Shown here piece by piece: positions 14,451 to 28,666 of a DNA stretch of 64,000 nt. Under the pieces are notes generated by a model. That model ran no database searches, had not been told where the DNA came from, and worked only from the letters and a program-made list of their open reading frames with translations. Source of the DNA: Octopus vulgaris (Eukaryota). How positions within the stretch are numbered: position 1 is the first letter of the stretch; each line of letters starts with the position of its first letter. The stretch is taken from positions 72,974,001-73,038,000 of the forward strand of contig OX597827.1 of assembly GCA_951406725.2 (NCBI GenBank), read 5' to 3'. Both the position numbers and the translations under genes were made by a program.

Positions 14451-14533
14451 TATATATATCGCCATGTTGATTCGTTAGTTACTGCACGCATTTTTTTCTC
14501 TCCTTCTTTCTGTGTTTTTTTTCTCTCTGTGTA

Positions 14534-14571
14534 TCTTTCTGTTGAAGAGCGTAGGCTCGAAACGTTAAAGA
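14534..14571 (+). ncRNA. Minimal hammerhead-like motif, variant core CUGUUGA
   Basis: UCUUU-CUGUUGA-A-GAGC(GUAG)GCUC-GAAA-CG-UU-AAAGA; perfect stems I and II. Confidence 0.65.
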
Positions 14572-14668
14572 CTTATTTTATTTATATTTCCTGAGCGCCA
14601 TACTAATACAATTGTTTGTTTGTTTTCCACCTGTCTTCGTCTTTTGTCTATTTTCATAAAGCTTCCCG

Positions 14669-14702
<34 letters not shown>

Positions 14703-14897
14703 CAAGAGAGTTAGAGGTTGTGAATCTAACCAACTAAGGGATAATATCTATCCAATATACTGCTGACAGAATACACAATTATGTGTGTATATTCTTGTAA
14801 TTGTCGTTTTAGTAAATAAATAAATAAATAAATTGACATAATATAACGTTTAAATGTTGATGAATACCACCTATTGATCCCCTCCATTTTCTTATTG

Positions 14898-14950
<53 letters not shown>

Positions 14951-15037
14951 GGAGAATTCACAAAAACAAAAAAGACGAAGAGAAGTAGTGTAGAATACAA
15001 ACAGATGTATTAGTTTAACGCTCGGGAAGTGAAAAAG

Positions 15038-15075
15038 TCTTTAATGTTTCGAGCCTATGCTTTTCCACAGAAAGG
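15038..15075 (-). ncRNA. Degenerate copy of the 14534 hammerhead family
   Basis: CCUUU-CUGUGGA-A-AAGC(AUAG)GCUC-GAAA-CA-UU-AAAGA; flanks 14950-15120 align inverted with ~14480-14670. Confidence 0.5.
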
Positions 15076-15124
15076 AACACAAAGAAACAAGGAGAGAAAA
15101 TAAAGAATGTGTAGTGGCTAGCGA

Positions 15125-15232
<108 letters not shown>

Positions 15233-15458
15233 ACACACACACACACACACATACACATATAGGCGCTTGCTTACCAACCACATGGTTACAGGTTCAGTCC
15301 CACTGCATGGCACCTTGTTTGTAACCCCACCATCGATTGACAACCGATGTCGGTGTGTTTACGTCTCCGTAACTTCGCGGTTCGGCAAAAGTGGACGACA
15401 GAATAAGTACTAGGCTTACAAAAAATAAGTCCTGGGGTCGATTTGTATATATATATGA

Positions 15459-15497
<39 letters not shown>

Positions 15498-15537
15498 AGG
15501 ATAAAAAAGAATAAAAGAATATATATATAATCAGTTA

Positions 15538-15765
15538 TCTTTTACTTGTTTCAGTCATTAGACCGTGGCCGTGCTGGAGCACTGCCTCGAAGAATTATAG
15601 TCGAATGTATCGATACAAGTACTTATCTTTCTTAAGCCTGGTACTTATTCTATCGATATCATTTAGCGAAGCGCTAAGTCACGTGGACTGAAACATACCA
15701 ACACCGGCTGTCAAGCGGTGGAGGAGGGACAAACACAAACTCACATACATAGATATATACATATA

Positions 15766-15849
<84 letters not shown>

Positions 15850-16020
15850 CTATCTATTTATCTATCTATATACGACGGGATTCTTTCAGTTTCCGTCTAC
15901 CAAATTCACTCACAAGGCTTTAGTCGACTCGAGGATATAATAGAAGACACTTGCCAAAGTCCCAGACAGTGGGACTGAACCCAGAACCATGCGGCTGGGA
16001 GGCAAGCTTCTTACCCCAAA
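15538..16020 (-). mobile_element. SINE family C, near full length with internal (TCTA)n
   Basis: B-box-like GGTTCAGTCCC, CORE-like segment and TGACTGAAACAAGTAAAAGA tail on the minus strand. Confidence 0.75.
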
Positions 16021-16044
16021 GAACACTAGCGGCTATATATATAC

Positions 16045-16158
<114 letters not shown>

Positions 16159-16470
16159 AAAGTTATGAAGAAAAACAACTTTACATTAAAGTGAAACATT
16201 ACTCTAGATTTATTGCGGAGTACACATTATTCATTAAAATTAATGTCAACACCATTATTTTTTTCTACTCTCGGCACAAGGCCCGAAATTTTGGGAAAGG
16301 GGCTAGTCGATTAGATCGACCCTAGTACGCAACTGGTACATAATTTATCGACCCCGAAAGGATGAAAGGCAAAGTCGACCTCGGCGGAATTTGAACTCAG
16401 AACGTTAAGAATGTCAATACTGTTATTGACAACGACGTCTATTTTTCACGCTGTTATGCTATCGTTGGAC

Positions 16471-16510
16471 AATCTGATGATGTCTTAGCAGGCCGAAACA
16501 TCGAATTCTC
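16471..16510 (+). ncRNA. Degenerate hammerhead-like motif
   Basis: CUGAUGA-U-GUCU(UAGC)AGGC-C-GAAA-CAUC; stem I weak. Confidence 0.35.
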
Positions 16511-16748
16511 TAACAATACTAGTCTCGTTAAAAAGTAAGACACACACGCCCGTACACAAAACAACACAATATTCCATGCTTTCTGTTGGGGTTGCAGTCG
16601 AGTATTCCCTCTCTAAAGAGTGGCCAGCAAACTTCCTTTCTGTCTTCTGTGCGATGAAGAACTTATAGAGCGAATGGCTTAATATTGTTGTGGTTTTCTT
16701 TCCTAGCTTTAAGCATTTCATGTATCCACAATTATTTCCAGTTGCATA

Positions 16749-16849
<101 letters not shown>

Positions 16850-16902
16850 GTCTGTTTGTCTGTTTGACTATCTGTCTATCTGTCTGTCCGTCCGTCCATT
16901 CG

Positions 16903-16959
<57 letters not shown>

Positions 16960-18268
16960 GAAGAAACGCACACACGCATGCGCACACTTATGTTTATATA
17001 TAACATCATATTCGTACGTTTAGTAAACATGCATTTAACCTTGAATTGTTGTCTGTATTTGGTCCGCGCTCTCTTTTTTTTTTTTTTTTTATATTTTAAA
17101 GGCAAAAAAAAGCCAGGTTTGTTTTAGAAATTTCCAGAAAGTATTTTAACAATAATTTCAACAAATAACATTTTGTACTACGGAGGACACGAGGCTTGAA
17201 ATTTGAGGGTGAGATGTCTAGTCGACCTTAGTGCTCAACAAGCACTTATTTTATCATTCTCGACAGAATGAAAAGCAAAGTCGATCTCGGCGATATTTGA
17301 ACGCAGAACATAAAACCGGAAGAAATACCGCTAAGCATGCCATCCTGCATATGGTTCTGCCAAGTGGCCGGCATAAAAATTTCTACAAATATCAAATAGC
17401 TAAAAGAGAAAAAAAAAATTAAGCAACAATATGAACATTAATAAAACTCATAACAAAATCTACTAGCAGCTGTTGTCGTTACGATCGAAAATAGCCAAGA
17501 TCTGTGGCTACGTATTGTCAAACGTAAATCTATTGATCTCCGAAAAGTTAAAGTCTAAACTGAAAACTGCATCAAAGATATGCAGTAATGGCACGTAAGT
17601 CAACCGTGAAAAACTAAAGCTTATGTTATAACGGTAAATAAATCAACCGTGGAGAAGTAAAGCTTGTGTAAGATATGGTAAGATATGGTGGTAGTCTCTC
17701 GTAGTCCGAGAAAGACGGTTCTGCCATTTCTTACTGAACGACCTGCACAAACGATTTGTTTACAGGAATCAAATGTTAGTGCTGCACGTTTGTCTACTCC
17801 CTCCAGCAAATCGACGTTACATGAACAGGTCCATGAGGGTACCACGAGTCAGGTGTTGAACTGATCACAGAGCACCATCACCCGATCTAAGAATTGAAAC
17901 TACGGTCACTAGATCGTGGGTGCAACACCTTAAATACAAAACCATGCACCTTTAAAGATTATGTAATAACGGTGCATAAAATAACCGTGAAGTACTAAAT
18001 TTAAGGAACTACGCCATCAGAGATGACAATTAAAGAATGTAGATGACATCTCAATAATCTCTTCAGAATAGCCGAATGGTTAAGAAATTCGATTTGCAAT
18101 CAGGAGGTCTTTGGTTCAATACCACTGCGTGGTATCTTGGATAAGCATCATTCTCTAAAGTCTGGTAGTTTTGGATTACTTGTAAATGAAAATGTGTAGA
18201 CGGACTCAGTATAGAACAGACTGCACATGTAATTTTCTTATATTCACATGTGACTAAAAGACAAATTA

Positions 18269-18337
<69 letters not shown>

Positions 18338-18339
<2 letters not shown>

Positions 18340-18621
18340 ATAAGAATAAGGGGTAAAATTAATCAATTAACTAGTAATTAATAATTCCACCAAGTAGAAT
18401 TCGGCATGAAAAAGGACCATTTTTTGGTAAACCTGTGAATTTCGTTATTTTTCCTTCTGTCTGCGTGGGTTATTTCGAGTATTTTGTTTTGTCCGGGAGT
18501 CTCTTCTTATAGTAGAAGAAATAGCTAAGGTTCTTTGGCTGCTATTTCTAAACTTCGTTATGTGGTAAAGCAAATCTTTGCTGAACCCTAATTATAATTA
18601 TACTCGTAATTATAAAATATT

Positions 18622-18625
<4 letters not shown>
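18338..18625. mobile_element. (TA)n-embedded rearranged relative of the 51850-52361 element
   Basis: Left part matches ~51860-51950 (GGGTAAAATTAAT..CCAAGTAGA) directly; right part matches ~51960-52105 inverted. Confidence 0.6.
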
Positions 18626-18679
<54 letters not shown>

Positions 18680-18845
18680 TATATAATATAATTAATCTTA
18701 TGTATTGGCTTAAGTTTTTCATTGTATGATTTGCCTAATAGTGGTTTTGTCTCTAATTTAATATAATATAATATTTTACTATAAAATTGGATTCAATCCT
18801 AAATCTGATTTTTCCCTGTAAGTTTGGATTTATTCCCTAATATTT

Positions 18846-18850
<5 letters not shown>
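18680..18850. repeat. (TA)n-embedded dispersed repeat, second copy inverted at 34520-34690
   Basis: Shared CCTAATAGTGGTTTT, AATCCTAAATCT and TGTAAGTTTGGATTTA segments. Confidence 0.7.
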
Positions 18851-18897
<47 letters not shown>

Positions 18898-18974
18898 CTA
18901 TCTATCTATCCATCTATCTTTATATGTATCTATCTTTCTATGTATGTATGTATGTATGTATGTATGTATGTATG

Positions 18975-19049
<75 letters not shown>

Positions 19050-19407
19050 ATCCGCAAAGTAAAGGATGTTTTTCTATGTACCTTCAAGTGTTTTACTTCA
19101 AAGTCTTCAGTTTTCCAGGCAAGGTGAGTCAGCAAATAACTTTTGGTTGATCTGCAGTGAGTCACAAAGTCAAAAAGATTTCTCATTGGTTCCTGTAATT
19201 CATAGTTTTAATAAATGATATCTTTAAATGCACACAATCATATTTATGTGCTTGTATGTATGTATGTATGCACGCATGCGTTCCAATTTTAGAATATGTA
19301 CCGCCGTAGCTAGTGCATATACATAGATACATACATACATATATATATATATATTTACACATATATATATTATATATATATACATATATATATACATACA
19401 TATATAT

Positions 19408-19486
<79 letters not shown>

Positions 19487-19499
19487 CATATATAAATAC

Positions 19500-19532
<33 letters not shown>

Positions 19533-19601
19533 CATACATATATACATACATATATATATTCATACATATATATACATATATATATATACATATGTATATA
19601 C

Positions 19602-19685
<84 letters not shown>

Positions 19686-19785
19686 GCGTGATTTTGTATA
19701 TTTATGTACATGTACATATATATATATATATACATACATACATATATATTTTTGTATATCTTTTTTGTGTGTACGTACACATATA

Positions 19786-20390
19786 AGTTGGGTAAATTGT
19801 CGCCGTTCTATATTTTTGATTTCGCGCATAGTTAGTTTTTGATTTTGTCAACTACACAATATAGTAGGGTCAGTTGGACACCGTATGTGAGAAAAACAGC
19901 ACCAAGACTCAATTCATTCTGCCAGAAATTTGGAAATGACATACTGCACTGCTTTGCATCAGCGCTGGAAATTCCAATCCGAAAATCTGATAAGAAAAGA
20001 ACTCTTGAATTTGTTGGTGGCATGGTTGTCAATCGGGGACAAGGGAATGTCTGAATTTTTTTATTAGGCAGGTAGTGCATGAAGACATTCTGTATTCCCC
20101 ATACAAGGTTAGAAAGGGTCAATTTTTATCCCAAGCCATCAAGCACAAGAGGAAAAACCGTGTTACGAAGGTGTTGAACAAACTCAAGCATACCCTTCAA
20201 CCGAACATGCTTTGGTTTTTCTCAGACGAAAATGACTTCTGCCAGTATCAGATGGTAAACACATAGAGCAATCGTTGACTTGCCGTGTATCTTTTTCTAT
20301 AGTTTTGGTAAATATATCTGTTAAAATGAGATGTCAGTGTTATTGTCATTTTTGCGTAATTTAGACGACAATTTATTCACCGCAACCTAG
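19786..20390 (+). mobile_element. Tc1/mariner (maT-like) relic, same family as 27813-28666
   Basis: WFFSDENDF motif; right end AAATATATCTGTTAAAATGAGATGTCAGTGTTATT shared with 27813-28666. Confidence 0.75.
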
Positions 20391-21329
20391 ATATGTATAC
20401 ACACACGCACGCACACACACACACACACGCGCGCACCCCCACACACACATATATATATGCGTGCGTGTCTGTGTGTATATATATACATACTTATTTTTTC
20501 AAAACCTGATATTTATTCTATCGATCCATTTGGTACCAGGAGGTAAACACACCAATATCGGTTGTCAGGAAGTAGTGGGGATAAACACAAATTTGAGACC
20601 CTTACTAGCAATGATATGAAATCGCTGCCCCTTTGGCAGAATTCGAGACCCTTACTAGTAATGTAATGGAATTGCTGCCTATATACAGGGGCAGCAGTTT
20701 CATAACATTACTAGCAAGGGTCTCAAATTTTGCCACAAGGACGTCAATTTTATGACAATACTAGTAACGGTTTCAAATTTTGCAATAAAGCAGAGAAAAT
20801 AACGATAAACAAGATTTAAAGGGTGCCTGTCCTATCTAAATTTTTATAGCCATAGAGGCAATCCTTTTGATCTCCTCTCCCACATTATCTGACTGAGGTG
20901 TCGCTAAGTATTGGTAGAAATGTCGGTCACGTTCACCTACAAATACCAAGTAATCTGTCTGACAAAGGAAGGGCATATTGAATGATAAGTAGACAGGATG
21001 GTCACGACTAGAACACCCTTAATTGTAGGTCTGTTGGATCATGTGCAGCGTAACATACCCCGACACAGATATACATGTGATAAGAGTTGTGATCAGAAAG
21101 TTCTGGTGTTCCTGAATATCATGAAATATATTAACTATTGGTATATTTTGGTTTCTGTTTATATTTTCGATTATCCATAGTCTTGAGGGTTTATTGATCT
21201 GACCGATTCCAATTCTTATTTTGGTTTCGTTTATCGAAGCTAATTTCGCAAACCACTAAGTTTATGAGAATCAACGATTACTAAAATATATGAGATAGCT
21301 TTTAAAGACCAGTGTAAAGAGACATATAC

Positions 21330-21427
<98 letters not shown>

Positions 21428-21495
21428 ATATATAACTTTATATATATAAATCACCTGATGAATGTATCTTGCTTTCCTTGTTTGATTTGCAAATC

Positions 21496-21578
<83 letters not shown>

Positions 21579-21954
21579 TATCTTGCAAATCTATTATATA
21601 TATATATACATATATGTATCTGCAAATCTATTATATATATATATATATATATATAAAAATTATAATTAAGGGTATCTAAGAGATAGCACCATGCTAGAAA
21701 TAACAGTCAAAACATGAATCTAAAACCACTTCATATATTCATACAGTACAAAGTGAAAACACAAATGGACAAAGAAACTAGCAAAATATTATTGGATAAT
21801 CTCAGATCTGGATTTCTGGCTCTGTATGGTGATATCTTTTAGATACCCTTAATTATAATTTTAATAATAATTAATACCTATGAGGTTTTTATTCCCATGC
21901 TGGCCACTTCATATGATCGGTATTTTAAATACCGATTTTATCCTTATATATAAT

Positions 21955-22325
21955 CTTTTAGTTGTTTCAGTCATTGGACAGTGGCCATGCTGGAGCATCG
22001 CCATGTAAAATGTTTAGGCGACTGAATCAGCCCCAAGACTTACTTCTTTATAAGCCTGGTATATATTCTAACGTGATCTTTTGCCGAACCGCTAAGATAC
22101 AGGGGACGAAAACATATCAACACCGGTTTATTAAGTGGTGGGTGGTGACAAACACAAACACAAAGACACGACGGGTTTCTTTCAGTTTCCGCCGACCAAT
22201 TCCACTCGCAAAACTTTGGTCGGCCCGAGATCCTAGTAGAAGACACTTGCCCCAGGTGCCATGCAGCGGCACTGAACCCTGAACCATGTAGTTGTGAAGC
22301 AAGCTTCTTACCACAAACCCACGCT
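21955..22325 (-). mobile_element. SINE family C
   Basis: GTGGTAAGAAGCTTGC...GGTTCAGTGCC head, CORE-like body and tail on the minus strand. Confidence 0.75.
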
Positions 22326-22966
22326 CATACGTACGTACGTATGTATGTATGTATGTATGTATGTATGTATGTATGTATGTATGTATGTATGTATGTATGC
22401 ATACATACACACATGCACACACACAACCACATACAATGGCATGCTGTGTGTCTGTGTTTCCTTGTTATGAATGGCATTTCTCACTTTCCGTCCGTCGCAG
22501 AGAACATTTCAATTCCTTTGATACATATTTAACAGACGAAAGCTGTAGATTCCACTGGATTGATCGTGTTACTTTGTGGGACGTGATCTTTGCCTGCTCG
22601 CGTATGTCTTTTCTGATCTGCCTTACAATCATTTCCATATATTATACATGTTGAATCACCTGATCTTAGGGAGATGTTGTATATAGTTGATCTCTCAGGC
22701 TTCACATACCTAGCTTCAGAATGGACTATACGGCCACACGTTTCACTCCTCCAGCGCTTTATATTCTCATCATGGTTCTGATCACAGCCCTTCCGAAGTC
22801 CACACTTTAACCTTTCGTGGTTAGGGTGACTTTGTTCAAAAGCTTAAAGATATTCCGTTATACGTTTCCTCCATTCAGCTCTTTCTAACGCTAGCTCTTC
22901 ACAATTTCTTTGCTTCGAATCGCAGTTTCATCAAGCTGCCTTTTATGTAATGTTTATATGCACATG

Positions 22967-23320
22967 AAGGCGCATAGCTCCGTGGTTAGAGCGTCGGGCT
23001 AGCAATCATGAGGTAGTAAGATCGATTCCATGACCAAGATATGTTGCTTCCTTGAGCAAGAGATTCTATTCCATGTTGCTCCAATTTTATCCTTATTGCT
23101 CCAATTCACTCAGCTGTAGAAATGAATTGCGACGTCATCACAGATGCCAAGCCGTATCGTCCTTTGCTTTCCCTTCAATAACATCAGTGGCGTGGAGATG
23201 AGAGGCTGGTATGCATGGGTGACTACTGGTCTTCCATAAACAACCTTGCTCAGGCTTGTGCTTTGCAGAGGAACTTTCTAAGTGCAATCCCATGGTCATT
23301 CATGACCAAAGTTTGGTCTT
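22967..23320 (+). mobile_element. tRNA-derived SINE (family A head, different tail); inverted relative at ~60420-60720
   Basis: A box TAGCTCCGTGG, B-box-like GATCGATTCC, CCTTGAGCAAG core. Confidence 0.7.
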
Positions 23321-23374
23321 TATACACACATATATGTACATAAATATATTAATTCTTTTGAACTGTTAGCCGAA

Positions 23375-23435
<61 letters not shown>

Positions 23436-23459
23436 CTATCTATCTATCTATCTATCTAT

Positions 23460-24134
23460 TTCCGACTTGTGGGCTTATGTCAGTTGTGTGGGACGAGTCG
23501 GTTTATCAGTCGAGTCTATCGTCAATATTGTCACGCCTCCTTCCTTCAAACGGGAAGGAAGAGCTATTTTCATCATCCTTGTGGCTATGGCGAAAGAATG
23601 TATCTGGTGGACGCGTCTGAAAGGATTGGAGACAAACACTTTCCTTTCTGGTCAATCTCTCATCCATTTTTTTAAGTATCACTTGAAAAGGAAAGTGAGA
23701 GTAGAGAGGCAAGTTTTGTCTAGCGAATGCTTTAAAAAAAGATGGGTGAATGTAGCAAGGATGGCACGTATGAATGACGAAGCCACCTTGAGCATAATCC
23801 TATGAACCCGGAAAATTTAAAACAGAGGGTTACCTACTTGCAAACAAATGTGGTAACATGTAACATCATTGCTCGAGGTTACCGTGGTCTTTTCCGTAGG
23901 CTTTTCTTCCCACGGATAAACCTTACCTGCTTCCCCCTTCACACTTTACACCATGACACTGTGATACATGATCCCTATTGATCGTTTTCTTCCTCCCTTT
24001 TTTCCTTCCCTTTTACGATCTCTTTTGATCGAAAACCTAACCCACCTTTTTTTTCTTTTCTCTCCCTCAAAATGAAAAGCTCTACTTTGTAATCTGTCCC
24101 ATCTGTGTGCAGCCCTGTGTGGCTAATAAAGAAA
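23460..24134 (+). mobile_element. 3' end of a Tx1/L1-clade LINE inside (TCTA)n
   Basis: AMAKECIWWTR..F..RW ORF2-type tail, pyrimidine-rich UTR, AATAAA at the end; (TCTA)n on both sides. Confidence 0.7.
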
Positions 24135-24136
24135 CA

Positions 24137-24203
<67 letters not shown>

Positions 24204-24660
24204 GTCTGTGTGTGTTTGTCTGTCAGTGTGTGTGTCTGTCTGTGTGTTTGTCTGTCTGTCTGTGTATGTGTCTGTGTGTGTGTGTGTCTGTATGTGTGTG
24301 TGTGTGTGTGTCTGTGTGTGTGTCTGTCAGTGTGTCTCTCTATGTGAGTGTCTGTCTGTATGTCTGTCTGACTGTCTGTCTGTCTGTCTATCTATCTATA
24401 CGAGGTCTGATCAATAAGTACCTGGACTGTTTCCATAGTAATGAAGCTAAAGCACGCAGAATAAAGATTAACCTTGAACTATGATGTGCATGCGCACTAA
24501 GTTTTAACATTCTAGCCTACTTCCGCTCTTTACAGCAGTGCTTGGAAGGAAGCTGTGTATATAAATATAACAAGCACCTGCTTTTTCCTCATCATGATAT
24601 GTAACAGGGCTCTCTTTCTACACACACACACAAACACACTAACACACTAACATACACACG

Positions 24661-24692
<32 letters not shown>

Positions 24693-24759
24693 GAGCGAGA
24701 GAGAGAGAGAGAGGAGGGGAGAGAAAAATAGAGACAGAAAGAGAAATCTATAGATGTTA

Positions 24760-24804
<45 letters not shown>

Positions 24805-24815
24805 TACACATACAT

Positions 24816-24846
<31 letters not shown>

Positions 24847-25122
24847 CATATATAATATAAATGTATCATCACATAGATAGGTATATGTATATATGTGTAT
24901 ATATTATATGTATATACACATATATACATGCATATATATATTTCTATACATAAACACACAATAATATATATAAGCAATATTATAGATACATACATATATT
25001 CAGGCATACATACATACCCATAAATACATACATACATATGTGTGTGTATGTGTGAGGGTGTGTATGTATGTATGTATGTATGTATGTATGTATGTATGTA
25101 TGTATGTATGTATGTATGTATG

Positions 25123-25168
<46 letters not shown>

Positions 25169-25587
25169 TATATAAATAAATATATAGATACCTATATATA
25201 AATATATATATGTACATACATACACTCATTCATATACATTCGAGATATGCTGTACACTCACAAGAGTGAGTGTATATTATATCACTGAGTGAATGTCGAG
25301 AATGTATGAATACGTGCGATTAAGGCGAATCTCATGCTTTAATCTGCATCATCAGGTATTTGAAATTTTAATCTCTTTCTTAAAATACACGGGCATGCAG
25401 ATATGCGTATAGCATGCATTATCTTAGACATCTCAATGTATACACTTTTGTATGCATTTATATATAATATGTATGTAAGTACTTATGTTAAAATGTATGC
25501 ATGTATTTATACTTACACACATATACATACATTATACATAAATTCATACACATCGAACTTCCTACCTACCTTCATACATACATACAT

Positions 25588-25769
<182 letters not shown>

Positions 25770-25930
25770 GTAATGGCATGGCAACACTGTGACCCACAGA
25801 TAAGCCGCTTCCAATCTTTCTTCTGTCTGCCCATTACGGCAGAGAAAATTTCATTGATTTTTATTTTTTACAAATCATCATCATCATCATCATCATTATT
25901 GTTATTATTATTATTATAATTATTATTATT

Positions 25931-26395
25931 GAGTGAGAGAGCAGTGCATGCCATCAAAGTGACACAGGAATATAATATACGAAGCCAAGTATACCCATCA
26001 TGACTACCCGTCTGATAAGGGCACACCAGGTGCATGCATCACAACCATATGTGCGCGACATGGTGATCTCATATCAAGATAAACAGTACATGACCTTGTA
26101 GGTGGGGCCCAGTTAAAATTTTTCCCAGGTCGAATAGACCATCCTGCTCAAAGGGTCCCTGAATAGAGTGGTTTAAGGATGTTAAACGAAACACCCGTGT
26201 TTCCAGAGGTGAATTATCCAAACCCCAAAGAATTCCTCTCAACACATGGCTATGATGCTCCCCCACTACTTCTGTTGGTGATCAGAGATGCACATATCGT
26301 CAACCACCAAGGAACATGCCCCATCTTTTATACCAAGACAAAACATGTACATGACAACACTTCCAATCAGTTAAGTTGAGAAGCCAAGTGAGCCC
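25931..26395 (-). mobile_element. Retroposon 3' fragment with (TAA)n tail; second copy ~42703-43115
   Basis: Two highly similar copies, each near an (ATT)n run on the + strand. Confidence 0.65.
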
Positions 26396-26407
26396 GTTCC
26401 TGCATCA

Positions 26408-26795
26408 GGCGAGCTGGTAGAATCGTTAGCACTCTTGACGAAATGTTTAGCGGTATTTCGTCTGCCGTTACGTTCTGAGTTCAAATTCCGCCGAGGTTGA
26501 CTTTACCTTTTATCCTTTCGGGGTCGATTAAATAAGTACCAGTTACGCACTGAGGTCGATGTAATCGACTTAATCCGTTTGTCCTTGTTTGTCCCCTCTG
26601 TGTTTAGCCCCTTGTGGGTAGTAAAGAAATAGTAATTTCGCCCGTCGCTTTGTTCTGAGGTCAAATTCCGCCGAGGTCAACTTTGCCTTTCATCCTTTCG
26701 TGATCGATAAATTAAGTAGCAGTGCAACACTGGAGTTGATGTAATCGACTAGTCCCCGACCCAAATTTTAGGCCTTGTGGCTACATTAAAAAGGA
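26408..26795 (+). mobile_element. SINE family B dimer
   Basis: GGCGAGCTGGxAGAATCGTTAGC head, GAGTTCAAATTCC B box, CCTTTCATCCTTTCGGGGTCGAT core. Confidence 0.8.
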
Positions 26796-26856
26796 TTATT
26801 ATTATCATTTTTATTATTATTAGTAGTAGTATCAGTATTATTACTTTTTAAAAAAG

Positions 26857-27175
26857 ACTCCGCCGGTTACGACGACGAGGGTCCCAGCTGATACGATCAA
26901 CGGAACAGCTTGCTCGTGAAATTAACGTGCAAATGGCTGAGCACTCCACAGACACGTGTACCCTTAACGTAGTTCTCGGGGATAATCAGCGTGACACAGA
27001 GAGTGACAAGGCTGACCCTTTGAAATACAAGTACAACTCATTTTTGCCAGCTGAGTGGACTGGAGCAACGTGAAATAAAGTGTCTTGCTCAAGGACACAA
27101 CGCGTCGCCGGGAATCGAACTCACAACCTTACGATCATGAGCCGAATGCCCTAACCACTAAGCCACGCGCCCTCA
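26857..27175 (-). mobile_element. SINE family A, full length
   Basis: Minus strand: GGCGCGTGGCTTAGTGGTTAGGG A box, GAGTTCGATTCC B box. Confidence 0.85.
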
Positions 27176-27656
27176 CGTATTATTACTATTACGGTGGCGA
27201 AATGACAGAATCGTTACCGCGCCGGGCAAAATTCTTATCTGCATTCAGACCGTTGTTACGTTCTCAGTTCAAATTCTACCGATGTTAACTTTGCTTTTTA
27301 TTCTTTCGGGGTAGATTAAAAAAAGTACCACTTGAGTACTAGTATCGATGTAATCGACTCACATCCTCTGCCGAAATTGCTGTCCTCGTACCAAACTTTG
27401 AAATCACTATTACTGTAAATTTCTTTTTACAAGGAATCAGTCGACAGTGACTTTGAAATATCAGCTTACCGGTCGCCATCTAAATGCTAAAAAGTAATGT
27501 GTTTAATGTCAAATAGTTTCTATATATCACTCGACAGAAATAGAAAGATTAACACACACATTATATTTATATATGTGTGTGTATGTATTTATGAATGTAT
27601 GAATATTTTAGGTGCGTATCTGTACATATATATGTTATATATGTAGGTACATATGA

Positions 27657-27732
<76 letters not shown>

Positions 27733-27755
27733 ACCGGCCTTATGTAACACGCCTC

Positions 27756-27808
<53 letters not shown>

Positions 27809-27812
27809 TATA

Positions 27813-28666
27813 CAGGGTGCGATGAATAAATTGTAGTCTAAATTACGCAAAAACGAAAATAACACTGACATCTCATTTTAACAGATATATTTACCAAAAT
27901 TACACAAAAATATCTTGAAATACTAAAGAGTAAATTTATTCAATAAAATCGCCATTGGCTTCAACCACAGCCTCCAGACGACTTTGGAATCTCTTACATC
28001 TCTTCTACACGGTCTCCTTGTTTAAGTTGGTGAATGCTGACATAATCCTTGCCTTCAGTTTATCTTTGGTATTACAAGGAGCTTCGTTGGTCACTCGCTC
28101 AACTGCGCCCCCACACAAAAATTGGTCCTTTCTCATCTTGTATGAGGAATACCGAATGTATTCATGGACTCAACACAGCGGTAACATGGCCTGGAGAAGG
28201 TAGTGCTGCCCTGGCTGCTGGAAGATCCTATGACTGGCAACAGGACTCTGCACCATGTCACACAAGCTGGAGAACCCAGACACGGCTGTCAGACAATTTC
28301 TGCAAGCACATTACCCCTAACATCTGGCCACTTGTCTCCTCAGAATGCAACCCCCTTGATTATTATGTGTGGGATTCAGTTAAGCGAGAGACCAACAAAA
28401 TTCCTTGTAACAACAAAGGTAAACTGAAGACTTGAATTATGGTAGCATTGATCAAGTTAAACAAGCTTACTATCCAAAAGAGTCACAGGAGATTCCGAAG
28501 TCGTCTGGAGGTCGTGGTTGAAGTCAATGGCGATTTTATTGAGTAAATTTACTCTTTAGTTTTCCAAGTTATTTTCATGTAATTTTAGTAAATATATCTG
28601 TTAAAATGAGATGTCAGTGTTATTTTCATTCTTGCGTAATTTGGACAATTTAGTCATCCCGACCCG
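27813..28666 (+). mobile_element. Tc1/mariner (DD37D maT-like) internally deleted element
   Basis: ~90-bp imperfect TIRs flanked by TA; WQQDSAPCH ... WP..S.ECNPLDYYVW. Confidence 0.85.

Noticed and set aside
25310-25360. CUGAUGA plus stem on the minus strand; similar cases at ~13800 and ~61023 on +
   Set aside because: GAAA missing or stem II too weak; not counted as ribozymes.
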